DNA of 64,000 nt from assembly GCA_030324005.1 (NCBI GenBank), contig JARDVH010000121.1, positions 25,145,096 through 25,209,095 of the forward strand, in the 5' to 3' direction. Source of the DNA: Negaprion brevirostris (Eukaryota). The translations under genes were made by a program, and so were the position numbers. Numbering within the stretch: position 1 is the stretch's first letter; every line of letters begins with the position of its first letter. This document shows positions 38,275-50,074 of the stretch, in pieces. Under the pieces are notes generated by a model. The model was not told the origin of the DNA and searched no databases. It saw nothing but the letters and a program-made list of their open reading frames with translations.

Positions 38275-38600
38275 TAACCTCATCTTGCAACTGGGAAATA
38301 TACACCTTACTGGGCTTATCATTGTGTTCAACTGTTTCTGATCAGAACCTCAGCCCTATTTTGCTTCCTGTTTCTTTGCTGGTTTTCCTCACACTTTTTC
38401 CTTTTACTGTGTTTTTTTTGCTTTCAGACTGCAGCTCTTTATGATTCTCCATTCTCTTCCCCTTGACTCATCTTTTCAATCTTTGCTTATTCCGTTGCCA
38501 CTCCCTTTTGTTTTGTATCATGAACCCTTTTTGTTTTAGCCTTTCTTGCCTTCCACCCTGTCACAGACCTTCTCTTTTGTTCTTTTTCCCAACCTTGCCA
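38275..38600 (+). mobile_element. Penelope element endonuclease C-terminus and 3' UTR
   Basis: LILQLGNIHLTGLIIVFNCF resembles the recalled PLE C-terminal LIfrLGTlqP.GLNi.Fn.F; pyrimidine-rich UTR ttccaccctgtcacagaccttc. Confidence 0.55.
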
Positions 38601-38602
38601 CC

Positions 38603-38840
38603 CTGGTTAATCCATCTAATCTACACATCTTGGGACACTAAGAAGCAACTTAGCACAGCCAATCCACCTAACCTGCATATCTTTGGATTGTGGAGGAAAC
38701 TGGAGCACCCGGAGGAAACCCACGCAGACAAGGGGAGAATGTGCAAACTCCGCACAGACGGCGACCCAAGCCAGGAATCGAACCCAGGTCCCTGGAGCTG
38801 TGAAGCAACAGTGTTAACCACTATGCTACTGTGCCACCCA
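38603..38840 (-). mobile_element. HE1-like V-SINE
   Basis: Reverse-complement head, B box ggttcgattcc, V core. Confidence 0.85.
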
Positions 38841-38844
38841 AGTA

Positions 38845-40143
38845 TGGCGAGTTCTGGGAACCTTGGATAACGAGACATATTATGAGCCTAGTCAAAGAGA
38901 AAAAGGAAGCATTTGTCAAAGCTAAGAGGCTGGGAACACACAAAGCAAGTGTGGAATACAAGGAGTCTATTTCCTGGAGGCTAATTCCCAGGGCTGAAAT
39001 GGTTGCTACGGGAGGACACAGGTTTAAGGTGCTGGGAAGCAAGTACAGAGGAGATGTTAGGGGAAAGTTTTTCATTCAGAGGGTGGTGAGTGAGTGGAAT
39101 CGGCTGCTGTCGGTGGTGATAGAGGCAAACTCGCTGGGGCCTTTTAAAATACTTCTGGATCAGTATATGGGATCTAATGGCATTGGGAGTTACAGATCTA
39201 TGGCTTGGTAGGTATAGATGTGATCGGCGTAACTTGTGGGCTGAAGGGCCTGTTTGTGCTGTAGTGTTCTATGTTCTATGTTCTAAACTGATCCCTGAGG
39301 TAAGGGGGTTATCCCAAGATGAGGAACTGAGTAAATTGAGTTCTGAAATTTAGGAAAATGAGAGGCATTCTCATTGTAACCTACAGAATTCTGAAGTGGC
39401 TTGATAGGGCAGACACTGAGATTGTTTCCATTGATGGTGGAATCTGGAGCCAGAGGGCTCAGTCTCACAATAAGGGGCAGTGGCATTTAGCACAGAGATG
39501 AGGAGAAATTTCTTCACTCGAAGTATTATGAACATTTGGAATTTTCTCCCCAGTGGATGCTCCGTCGCTGAATACATTGAGGGCTGGGACAGACGCATTT
39601 TTGGTCTCACAGAAGAATGGGGAGCAGGTGGGAAAATGGCCCAAGATCAGCCATGATAGATCATATTGAAAGGTGGAGCAGGCTCGATGGGCAGTGTGGT
39701 CAACTCAGAGCAAAGAAAAGTACAGCACAAGAACAGGCCCTTCAGCCTCCAAGCCTGTGCCAATCTTGATGCTCTAACTAAACTGAAAAAAACCTTCAAC
39801 CCTTACTTGGACCGTATCCCACTAATCCTTTCCTATTCATGTAGCCATCCAGATGTTGCTTATGTGTCTGCTTCCACCACCACCTCTGGCAGTCCATTCC
39901 AGGCACCCAGCACTCTGTGTGTGAAGAACTTCCCCCACTACCCACTGTTCAGTCGTGGGGGTGGTGAAAGCAGATACAATAATGAGTTTAAGTGGCATCT
40001 TGACAACTACATGAATAGGCTGGGAATAGAGGGATCTGGTGCCCGGAAGGATAGGGGTCTTTAGTTCAGTCGGGCAGCATGGTCTGTGCAGGCTTGGAGG
40101 GCCAAAGGGCCTGTTCCTGTGCTGTAATTTTCTTTGTTCTTTA
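38845..40143. mobile_element. Cluster of CR1/HER1 LINE 3' ends
   Basis: TGGHRFKVLG.KYRGDVRGKFF.QRVV..WN.L with tail gggcctgtttgtgctgtagtgttctatgttct (to 39284). Second + copy 39290-39695, minus copy ~39705-39940, + tail 39945-40143. Confidence 0.8.
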
Positions 40144-40824
40144 CTAATGTTTGCAATTTTATATTTTCACATCTTATTTCTGCTTCGCTCTTGATTTTCA
40201 GAGATCCTGCACTGGGTGTGCACTCTATACGTAAAAGTTACTTGGTCGATTTTGATTTAAAACTTAAGTATGGTTATGCTTTCATTCAGTTAAATAATCA
40301 GTCAATAACAATGAGTGGTGATGTTATTAACTGTGGATTTGTTTTTCTCAAGGCTTTGTTTTTGTGCTGCTCAAGGCAGCACATGTTCACAGCTGTTATT
40401 TTGTTGAATGCATTGTTTTTCCTTGACTCGCTAAAATAAAAATTGTTGTGGTTTGACAGGAATTAGTTCCTCGCTGCTTTTGATGACCCTTGAACTACAA
40501 GCCAAGGCACTGGATAACCTTGCACATGAGGTGGTCAACTGGAATCAGGAGGTGGAGTTTAATTGTTTGAACACATCACCCGATTGATGGTAGATGGGGG
40601 AGACCATCAAAGAGATGCATAAGTAGCTTTAATCTTGCAATGGCTCCGAGCCTCTCGGTGCCTATGAGAGGAATTGACTGATGGTTATCGGAGTCTTGTT
40701 TTGAGAACGCCAGGATAGAAGCCTCAAAAGGCTGGAATGGAGACAGGGATTGGTTTCTAAGGGCGTGCAACATCCAACTTTCAGGGCCAAAACCAGAATG
40801 GATTATTTTACCATTGACCTCCTG

Positions 40825-41725
40825 GCCACTGGACCACTAAAATTCAGCAATGGGACTCCCATCAGCTCTTAATGATCCGTCATCTCAGAATAAGACTGAG
40901 CCTCGGGTTTCCAAATTTGCCGGGAAGAACAGAGGCCAGCCAAAGCGGTCAGAAGGCAAGTCATGATTCGTGTAAGTCGACACGATCGTTTGTGGTGACT
41001 GGCGCCGTGTATCTGAGGAATGTTGTAGCAAGCCAGTCGGGTCCCTGGAACCGTTCTCTAAAATTGGACTCCTGTCTTGTCAAGTGTATTTAGAATGAAG
41101 GATCATCCAGTAACACAGAGACCATTTGGGGAAAAAGAGAGACATCCCAGCTGTCAGTTTTTCCATCAGGAAGTATATTACCATCAGGAAATGTCACCAA
41201 CTCTCTCAGCACTAAAGTACCTGGTCGTCCTGTAGCAGGCACAACTGACGTCTCCATGGAAGTAGACAGAACTGAATTGCATGTACCTGAAGAGGCGCCT
41301 GCCATTAACGTTTTGGATGACAGCAATCCTGTGGAAGCATCCCAGGCTGGGGAGTTACACCTCACCACAAGGATTCAGAAATCCCTTGAAAGACATAATT
41401 CATAACTGGCTAAACTTGAATACTAAATGTATACTTACTTGGTCTGTGTAAATGGAGTGTTAGCTTCTGTATAAAAGGACTTAGAAGGGGAGGGATGTTG
41501 TGATTGTCCCTTTTAAGGGTTAATCTGCAGAGTAAGGGTCACATGACTTGGGGAACCATTTGGGGAGCAGAGTGGGAGAATGACCCTCGTAAGCATGGGC
41601 TCCTGTACTCAGAGTCATCTCGGTGGCTGATCACAACTGTATGGTTGTAACTCTCTATATAGTTTTAACTTGCAAATAAAGGAGTTGTGTTTTCCCTAAA
41701 CTGGTGAATAAGCATCTTTATATTA
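40825..41725 (+). mobile_element. Second Gypsy remnant: integrase C-terminus, PPT and 3' LTR
   Basis: QLLMIRHLRIRLSLGFPNL..R.E.SQ..QK.SHD....RSF...AVYLRN. PPT agaaggggaggga at ~41482-41495. LTR begins tgttgtgattgtcccttttaagggttaa, with AATAAA at ~41675. Confidence 0.7.
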
Positions 41726-41727
41726 TT

Positions 41728-42438
41728 TCTGATTTGATTTGATTTGTTTCATTATTGTCACATATATTGGGACACAGTGAAAAGTATTGTTTCTTGGATG
41801 CTATACAGACAAAGCATAACATTGATATGATATATAGGGGAGTAGGAAAGTGGAGGGCATAGTGTTACCCATTCATAGCTAGAGTTGATTTGATTTTATA
41901 TATTATTGTCACATGTATTAGTATACAGTGAAAGTATTGTTTCTTACGTACTATACAAACAAAGCATACTGTTCATAGCAAAGGAAAGGAGAGACTACTG
42001 AATGTAATGTTGCAGTCATAGTTTGGGTGTAAAGAAAGATCAACTTAGTGCGATGTCAGTCAAACGTCTGATGGCAGCAGAGAAGAAGCTGTTCTTGAGT
42101 TGGTTGGTACATGACTCCAGACTTTTGTATCTTTTTCCCAACGGAAGAAGGTGGAAGAGAGTATGTTGGGGGTGCGTGTGCTGGCTGCTTTCCGAGACAG
42201 CAGGAAGTGTAGACCGAGTCAATGGATTGGAGGCTGGTTTGCGTGATGGACTGGGCTTCATTCACAACTCTATGTAGTTTCTTGTGGTTTTGGTCAGAGA
42301 AGGAGCCCATACCAAGCTGTGATACATCCNNNNNNNNNNTGGTGCAGCTGTAAAAATTGGTGAGAGTCATAGTTGGCATGTCAAATTTCCTTCACTTCCT
42401 GAGAGAGTCAGTGGGTTTTCTTAACTATAGTGTCTATA
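41728..42438 (-). mobile_element. Two tandem Rex1/Babar LINE 3' ends
   Basis: (GATTT)n tails at ~41730 and ~41885. Minus frame MPTMTLTNFY...KKLHRVVNEAQSITQTSL.SIDSVYTS.CLGK. Confidence 0.82.
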
Positions 42439-43249
42439 GGTCAATAACTATAGCATCACTAAGGTGTTTTGCCACTTCCATTAGAGTGTAATTACTTGTC
42501 AAAGACATAGACAAAGGGCTGTTTGGACTCGCCAGTTCTTCCTAAGAGAAAAAAAGAGCTTTAGCAGTTCTTTTGAAGCTATTGGTCATCTTTTGCTCAT
42601 TTCACAGTTTGGCAGAGATGCAAGTGCAGCTGTGTATCTATTTTGCAAAGATAATTTTATGAGTCAGTGTTCCCAACAGGGAACCTTGCCTGCTGGGAGT
42701 TCACAGCAAAAATTGGGTATGCATTGCCCACAGTTTTTCAATCATTAACCTGAAATTCCAATATATGTTCCCAGCAGGTGCTGTTTCCTGCCAGAAGTGC
42801 AACACGACTCCCAACTACTGATTCAGACCATTGTAGTGAACACCAATGTTTCCATTTCTTAGTCTTTCGCACAGACACAAAGTGAAGGCAATTGAAAATC
42901 GTGTTGATCAACATGTTGAAGTAAGTTTGAGCAGACTCCGCTGTGTGAAAGAGGTATAGGCTGGCCCACAGCAGAAGATATCTCCTCATAAACAGAACGA
43001 GGTGAAAAAACTTGACTATAGCCTAAAAATATTAAGGCTGCAAAATTCAGCTCCATTGCCTTCCATTTATTTCACTGAGTTGCCATTTTGTCTTAAGAAA
43101 GCTGCACAGAATTTGGAATCGTTCTGGCACTGCAGTGGTTAAGATACAGGATAACTGAAGTTGGAGAGTTCAAAGCCCGCTTGCAAATTCGAACGGAATG
43201 CTACAAAACCCTGAAAACATAATGCTGGCATCACTGAAAGTTTTTTTAA

Positions 43250-43537
43250 AAATTTATTAGTGTCACAAGTAGGCTTTCATTAACACTGGAATGAAGTTAC
43301 TGTGGGAAATCCCCCAGTTGCCACACTCCGGCGCCTGTTTGGGAAGAACTAATCGTGGCCAATGCACCCTAACCAGCACACCTTTCGGACTGTGGAGAGA
43401 AACCGGAGCACCTTGAGGAAACCCACACAGACATGGGGAGGGCATGCAGACTCCACACCGACAGTGTGTGGAATCAAGTCCGGGTCCCTGGTACTGTGAG
43501 GCAGCGGTGCTAACCACTGCGCCACCATGACGCCCTA
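43250..43537 (-). mobile_element. V-SINE with type-B tail
   Basis: Head ggtggcgcagtggttagcaccgc, V core, tail atttcccacagtaacttcattccagtgttaatgaaagcctacttgtgacactaataaa. Confidence 0.85.
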
Positions 43538-43884
43538 GCACGTGACGATTGTTTTAACACTGTAACAGCTTTATTCACAATCACGTTCTTTCAGCAAGGA
43601 GAGCCGCTAACCTTACCCATTCTTGCCCAGCACTTCTCAAACTTCCTCACTGGTGGACAACAGGCAAAAGGCCACGTCTCCCACCACTCACTTCCAGTTA
43701 CTACCAGCTAAAGAAAACATTAGAGTCAATCAGAACTTATGGAAGCAATAGATGTTTCACTGCTGTTTTGCTACTAAATGTAATGAATTTGTGTGCATTA
43801 ATTCTTTTTTACTAAATATCATAGAGAAATGATTAATTCATGCCAGAAACAAAAGTGTAGGCATTTTCATATTGTAAATATTAA

Positions 43885-44710
43885 TAACCTCATGGGAACG
43901 AGTAGAACTAGGGGTATCCCATTATGATGAAGGTGGAGAGATTTTTCTTTCTCTCAAGAGGGTCATTAGTATGTAGTCATTAATCTCTTCCCCAGACAGC
44001 AGCAGAGGTAGAGTTGTAGCAATGTAGGAACAGGAGTAGGCCATTCAGCCCATTGAGCGTGTTGCACCATTTAATGAAATCATGGCTGATCCGTGGCCCA
44101 ACTCCATATACCTGCCTTTGGCCCATTCCTTTGCTGAACAAAAATTTTTGGGTCAGATTTAAAGATAGTAACTGATCTAGCATCAACAGCCATTTGAGGA
44201 AGAAAGTTCCACACCTCTACCACCCTTTGTGCATAGGAATCCTTCTGAACATCTCTCCTGAATGCTCTGACCCTAATTTGTAGACTATGCCCCCTAGCTT
44301 CAGAAAGTCCAACCAGTGGAAACAGTTTATCTTTGTCTATCCTGTCTTTCCCTGTTAGATTTCAATCAGATCACCCCTTCTAAATTCTTCCTCGGTGTAC
44401 CCGAACAGGCTCTGGAGTGTGGTTATTAGGGGATTTTCACAGTAACTTCACTGCAGTGTTAATGTAAGCTTATTTGTGACATTAATAACTAAATTTTAAA
44501 TTCTAGAGAAAACTGGTCCAATTTGTATAATCTCTGGATATTTTTAAGGCTAAGTCAGGTTGATTTTTGCTTGACAAAGGGGTCAAAAGATATAGGGGGT
44601 AGGCAGGAAGGTAGAGTCAACAATCCAATCATCATGATCCTATCAAATGATGGTACAGACTTGAGGGGCCAAATAGCCTACTCTTGATCCACATATATGT
44701 ACGTTTGTGT
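43885..44710. mobile_element. Nested CR1(+) / CR1(-) / type-B SINE tail
   Basis: A + CR1 3' end is split at ~44020/44537 by a minus CR1 3' end, itself split by a SINE tail at 44389-44496 flanked by TAAATTCT direct repeats. Confidence 0.72.
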
Positions 44711-45047
44711 TTAATAAGACAAGAGGAATGCATGTACCTGATATATGTTTTAAAGTTATCACAATAATCTTCTTCTGAGAAACTAATACTTATTTACGTC
44801 TGGGTCACCAGGACCCAACATTGAATAAAATAATGTGGAAATCCTATCCAGCCAACAAGAATGGAGGCCATTTTGGAGTCATCCTGCAGCAGTGGATGCT
44901 GAGGCACCTATCTGGGGCAGAGACGATGGACTTGTTCGATACTGTGTTCAACCAGATTGGTTATCCTCTTCAATGGTTCCAGAAAAAAAACCTGCGAACC
45001 CCTATTTTGTTGGGGTCAATAGGTGCATCTCTAGAGCTCTTTAATTA

Positions 45048-45362
45048 AAGAATCGCTACAGTGCAGAAGGAGGCCATTTGGCCCATTGAGCCTGGGTCGA
45101 CAACAATCCCACCCAGGGTCTATCCCCATAACCCCGCACATTTACCTTGCTTATCCCCCGACACTGACAGGCCATTTAGCACGACCAATCAACCTAGCCT
45201 GCACCTCTTTGCACTGTGGGAGAAAAGCAGATCATCCAAAGAGTGACCCACGCAGACATGGGAAGAATATGCAAACTCCACACAGTCACCCGAGGACGGA
45301 ATCGCACCTGGGTCTCTGGCGCTGTGAGGCAGCAGTGCTAACCACTGTGCCAACGTGCTGCC
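45048..45362 (-). mobile_element. HE1-like V-SINE
   Basis: gaatcgctacagtgcagaaggaggccatt...gtgctaaccactgtgcc. Confidence 0.85.
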
Positions 45363-46571
45363 CTACATTGGACACTACAGAAAGGTGATCACTTGCAAAA
45401 CAGAGCAGGCTGGACACTTGTTAAATTCTTTTTCATCCTCCCCAGTGAGAGGCAAATAATAAAATCTGTCACTAAAAATATTATCTTCTGAACAGGGTTC
45501 CTAGTGTTAAGGCTCAAGGGATGTGTAATCATTAACAATGTAACTGATCTTTATCCACTGTGACAGACAAAATAGAGGGTGTTCCCCACCATGGGAAAAT
45601 CATTATGCAGGAATTGGATATAGAATGGAGGGAGTGGGTTGGGAATGCAAATCGAGCCGATTAAAATGATTTTCTACTTGACCAGGTAATTCTACCGCTT
45701 ACAGAAAGGTGACGAAACCCAGACGGACTGTTGTGGCCCAGACATCACCAGCGATAATAATCTCTACAGTGTTGTATGAGGGTGACTCCGTCTGCCAGTA
45801 AAAATATAGCAAGTACTCCATGTTTTCCATAACCTGCAGGCAAACCAAATGGCTTCTAGCTACCTAACTCCGACATTGTGATGAATGCAATGTTCCTGGT
45901 AAAGTGTGGGCAGCTGCTCAGAATATTGTGGACCAATAACTTCAGGCCTGAGGGTAAGCACGCAGCCGAGCATAATGCAATGTTTTTTTTTCAGGACTGA
46001 CGGCAGTAATGTTGCCAGCTTCTTACTGATGTGTAGCAACGCTCGAGACCTTAATTGCATCTGTCCAAATCCTCGTCTTTATGCTTCACTTCTCTGTGAA
46101 GGATATGTTGGAGAAGTCAGACAGTAACGTCCCAGAGTTGGGTACTTAGAGAAGTAACTCACCTTCCTTCACAGAACGGTGACAATACTGTCTGAAACAC
46201 GCTGCAACTGTTCATTATTTTATGTCTTTTTTCTCCCCCCATTGTTATACGAATAGTGACTTGGCACATCAGCACTCAAGAAAATCATCTAAAGTTTTTT
46301 TTTGNNNNNNNNNNACCTCAAACTGACAGAACTTGGTTATCTTTACCTCAAAAAACCTTTCATTTCCGACAGTGTTAACGTTGAGAACAGATCTCTTGTT
46401 AAAGCTGTCAGAATCAATCAACGTACTGTGCCTCAGAGACTCACTGCTACCAAGTGTGACTGCAATCTCTGATCTCAACTCGTTCAATAATTTTCCTTTC
46501 CACTTACACCCACACAGCTCTGTGCCAACCCGCATCTTACTCAGCACCATGCAAGAGGCATTACTCCTTGG

Positions 46572-46758
46572 AACAAAAAAACAGAAAATACTGGAAAATC
46601 TCAGCAGCTCTGACAGCATTCTCCACTCTGACGAAACGTCACCCAGACTCGAAACGTTGGCTCTATTCTCTCTCCACAGATGCTGTCAGATCTGCTGACT
46701 TTTTCCAGGACTTCCTGTTTTTATTTTGGGCTTCCAGCATTGGCAGTATTTTGTTTTA
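46572..46758. repeat. Inverted Penelope terminal repeats
   Basis: Left arm ggaaaatctcagcagctctgacagcat pairs with right arm atgctgtcagatctgctgactttttcc. Confidence 0.72.
46624..46664 (+). ncRNA. Minimal type-I hammerhead ribozyme motif (Penelope-associated)
   Basis: CUGACGA 46628-46634, stem II region (GUC-accca-GAC), GAAA 46651-46654, palindromic ACGU helix III, GUU triplet ending 46658. Stem I is weak; activity is not shown. Confidence 0.6.
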
Positions 46759-46764
46759 ACGCTT

Positions 46765-47035
46765 ATGTTTATAGATGCTTTTCACAATCACAGGTCACAC
46801 CAAACCACTTTACAACCAGTGTAGTGTAGTTACTGTTTTAATGTAGGAAATAAATTTGAGGGGGCGTATACCTCATCTGAAAGAGGAACCTTCAACAAAT
46901 GTAGTGCCCCCTCAATGCAATGCTGGAGTGTCAACTTAAATTTTTGATCTTAAGCTCTGGAATAGGACTTGAACTCATAACCTTCTGATTGAGAGCTGAA
47001 GCAAGAGTGCTACTGACTAAGCCAAGGTTGACACA
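46765..47035 (-). mobile_element. SacSINE1/Deu-type SINE
   Basis: ctcatctgaaaga...ctggagtgtca...ggacttgaactcataaccttctga...gagtgctactgactaagcca is the reverse complement of a tRNA head plus Deu domain. Confidence 0.65.
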
Positions 47036-47109
47036 TAGCTCGCGTTGGCTGTAAAGTGCTTTGAGACATCTGGGGCTTATGAAGATATTATAGAAGTGCT
47101 AGTCTTTCT

Positions 47110-47486
47110 TTTTGTCCTCACAGTTGTAACATAGGAAACACGCAGCTAATTTGCGCAAGGCAAGCTCCCACAAAACAACACATAAACAAGACCTGATCAT
47201 TTGTATTTTGTGATGTTGCTGGGGGAATGATTATTGGCCCAGCACTGGGGGCAGGGGGCAATGCCCTTCCTTGAAATAACACCATGGGATCTTTTACACC
47301 CATCTGAGAAGACAGAAAGTTTATGATTTCAAAGCCAGGGCAGGAAATTCTACAGCCATCAACTGTGTAGCATTTCATCCACAAGCCAACAGTGCAGCAC
47401 TCACTGTTGGCCTTGATTTTCTCGTGCTCAAGTCCAGAAGTGGGACTTGACTGGTGAAAGTTCTATCAACTGAGTCACAGCTGACA
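47110..47486 (-). mobile_element. SacSINE1/Deu-type SINE
   Basis: ccatgggatcttttacacccatctgaga (Deu domain), cagtgcagcactc, gtgctcaagtcc.gaagtgggacttgaa. Confidence 0.7.
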
Positions 47487-47493
47487 CATAAGA

Positions 47494-47614
47494 GGGGATT
47501 TTACCTTGTTTGCCCTGAGATCCGAAGATCCTACCCGCGATCAATGGACCTTCCCGTTTGTCTGCCCCTCATCCGCTCCAATTCTCACAGCTGGTGGGGC
47601 AATAGAATTCCAGC
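47494..47614 (-). mobile_element. ~120-bp MITE
   Basis: Reverse complement aligns with 47675-47796. Confidence 0.6.
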
Positions 47615-47674
47615 AGTAATATCTGCCAAAGTTTATGGTTTTAAAGCCAGGGCAAAGAATTTTCAGACATCATT

Positions 47675-47796
47675 GCTGGAATTTTACTGTCATGCCTGCC
47701 TCGAAATCAGGGCGAGAAAGGCTCACAGAGCGGCATTCTCTATTAGCCTTAGACAGGATCTTATGAGCCTTGGGAGCGAGGCAGTAAAATTCTGGC
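47675..47796 (+). mobile_element. ~120-bp MITE with 15-bp TIRs
   Basis: GCTGGAATTTTACTG...CAGTAAAATTCTGGC (13/15 inverted match); a third copy lies at ~57508-57610. Confidence 0.7.
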
Positions 47797-48157
47797 ACAC
47801 AACTGCTTAAGGATGTGCCTGTGCAGAAAGAGAGAAAATCTTGCAATTCCACTGAGTTTTATAGAATCGACACAATTCTGTGTCATTTGGCAATTGTTGG
47901 TTGTTAAAAATCGTAATAGACGTAAAATTCAGTTTCAGCGGGGGAACAAAACTGGCAAAAGCAGATCTGCTGTCCATTGCACACTCTATCTGATTTGGCC
48001 TGGGTGTATCACTAAATTTGAATTTCGTTCCTATACTTTTAGTAATTCTGCCACCCCAATAGCTGTGAATTAAGGAATCCCAATCTTTTAAAAGGGAGAA
48101 TGCTAAAATAATTCTCAGGAAAAAAGCTGGCAATTTTGTTTGAACATACTCTACTTT

Positions 48158-48500
48158 AGAATCACTGAATCCCTACAGTGCAGAAGGAGGCCATTCAGCC
48201 AATTGAGTTTGCACTGACTCTCCGACAGAGCATCTTACCCAAGCCCTGTCCTTGTAATCCCACACATTTGCCCCATTAATTCCCCTAGTCTAAAAGTCTT
48301 GGGACACTAAGGGACAATTTTGCATGGCCAATCAATTTAACCTGTACATCTTTGGACTGTGGGATGAAACTGGAGCACCTGGAGGAAACTCACACAAATG
48401 CAAAGAAAAACTCCATGCAGATAGTCACTCAAGGCTGGGATTGAATCCGGGTCCCTAGCGCTGTGAGGCAGCAATGCTAACCATTGTGCCACCATACCGC
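48158..48500 (-). mobile_element. Full-length HE1-like V-SINE
   Basis: Reverse-complement head, core and type-A tail. Confidence 0.85.
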
Positions 48501-48612
48501 ACGTTTTAAGATACCATTGCAGTTTCATATGGCAATTGCAAATATTTCAACTTCTTTTGTGAACAACCTGTCACTTGGAAGAAAAGAAGCTCTTATTCCC
48601 TCAACACATTCA

Positions 48613-48800
48613 TCCAAAGATGTATAGATTAGGTTAGGTTAACTGGCCATGCCACTTTCCTCCTTAGTGTCAGGGGAAGCAGCAGGGTAAATACATGAGG
48701 TTACAGGGATAGGGATTGGGTGGAAATATTGTTGGTGCAGACTTGATGGGCTGAATGGCCTCCTTCTGTACTGTAGAGATTCAATGATTCTATGATTCTA
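48613..48800 (+). mobile_element. HE1-like SINE 3' half
   Basis: tccaaagatgt...gaatggcctccttctgtactgtagagattcaatgattctatgattcta. Confidence 0.8.
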
Positions 48801-48952
48801 CATTAGGAATTTGTACAGTGCTTCGTCTGTCCTCACACGTCCCAAAGCAATCTACAGCCAGCGGAGTATGTTTGTAATGCTGTCACTACCTTAATGTGGG
48901 GAAAAAATAGCAGGCAATTTTCACACAACAGAGTCCCACAGGAAACTGTGGG

Positions 48953-49095
48953 AAGGCAGTGGCATAGTGGTATTGTCACTGGGCTTGTAATTCAGGGACC
49001 TGGTAATGCTCTGGGGACCCAGGTTTGAATCCCTCAATGGCAGATGGCGATATTTGAATTCAATTTTAAAAGTCTAATGATGACTGTGAAACCAC
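48953..49095 (+). mobile_element. 5' part of third-family tRNA SINE
   Basis: gtggcatagtggtattgtcactgggct...ggtttgaatccc matches 22612-22770. Confidence 0.72.
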
Positions 49096-49782
49096 GTGGG
49101 GAAATATCCTGCTCAGAATCAATATACCTGCATTGGTGACTGGAGGATGTAGAGTGGAGGGGATGCAGTTCTATACTGTTTAGGAAAATAGTCATGAAAT
49201 GAGAGAGGCGCAGCGTATCTATTGAATAGATTTTAAAACAGATTCTGAGACTGATTGGTTCAGTACGCAATAGCATGCTCCTCTGAACCAAGTCCCTCTG
49301 ATCCTGATGCCTTACTTATCTCCTTTGCCACTCTTTAGCCACCCAATCCACTCCTCTGATGCTCTCTGCTGCTTTAACTGTTTCGGATTATATGCCATCA
49401 ATCTTAGATTCCTCGTCTGGATGCTGCAAAGGCTTTATTCCTTGAACAGAGAGAAGATCCATCCAGCACCACCCTCCTTCACATCACTAAGCTTTTTTCT
49501 CATCTTGACTCATTTCTCTGATAATATTACCTGGACAAAATATATCACTGTGAGATCCACATTGGTCCAAAGTAGGCCTATCTCTTTGTAAGATATTGTG
49601 CCAGTTCTATTCAGGAACCTCCCTGACTGCTACTTCTATTAGCAATTGTATAGCTGCCCCTTCTTATTCTCTAATCTTGAGAAAGTGTTAACTATGATTC
49701 CAATTGCCATTCATCTCTCAGGTTCACCTGCCCTATCTCTACATACCTGACGATATGTGTTCTCCTGATATCTAAAGTAAAA

Positions 49783-50040
49783 TTTTATTTATTTGTCACA
49801 GTTAAGGCTTACATTAACACTGCAATGAAATTACTGTGAAATTCCCCAAGTCGCCATACTCCAGCACCTATTCAAGTCAATCAACTCATCTTTCAGACTA
49901 TGAGAGGAAAAACCAGAGTATGCAGAGAAATGCTGCACAGATAGGGGAAAGCATGCAAACTCCACACAACTAGCGACCCAAGCCAGGAATTGAACCTAGA
50001 TCCCTGGCACTGTGAGGCAGCAGTGCCACCGTGATGCCCC
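49783..50040 (-). mobile_element. V-SINE with type-B tail
   Basis: tttgtcaca...ggcttacattaacactgcaatgaaattactgtgaaattcccc plus V core and head. Confidence 0.78.
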
Positions 50041-50074
50041 CATCTGTTTCATGCCTAGCACCTCTCACATTTAA

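Noticed and set aside
40445-40825. Possible retroelement coding fragment upstream of the second Gypsy remnant
   Set aside because: No recognisable motif in the frames I read; left unassigned.
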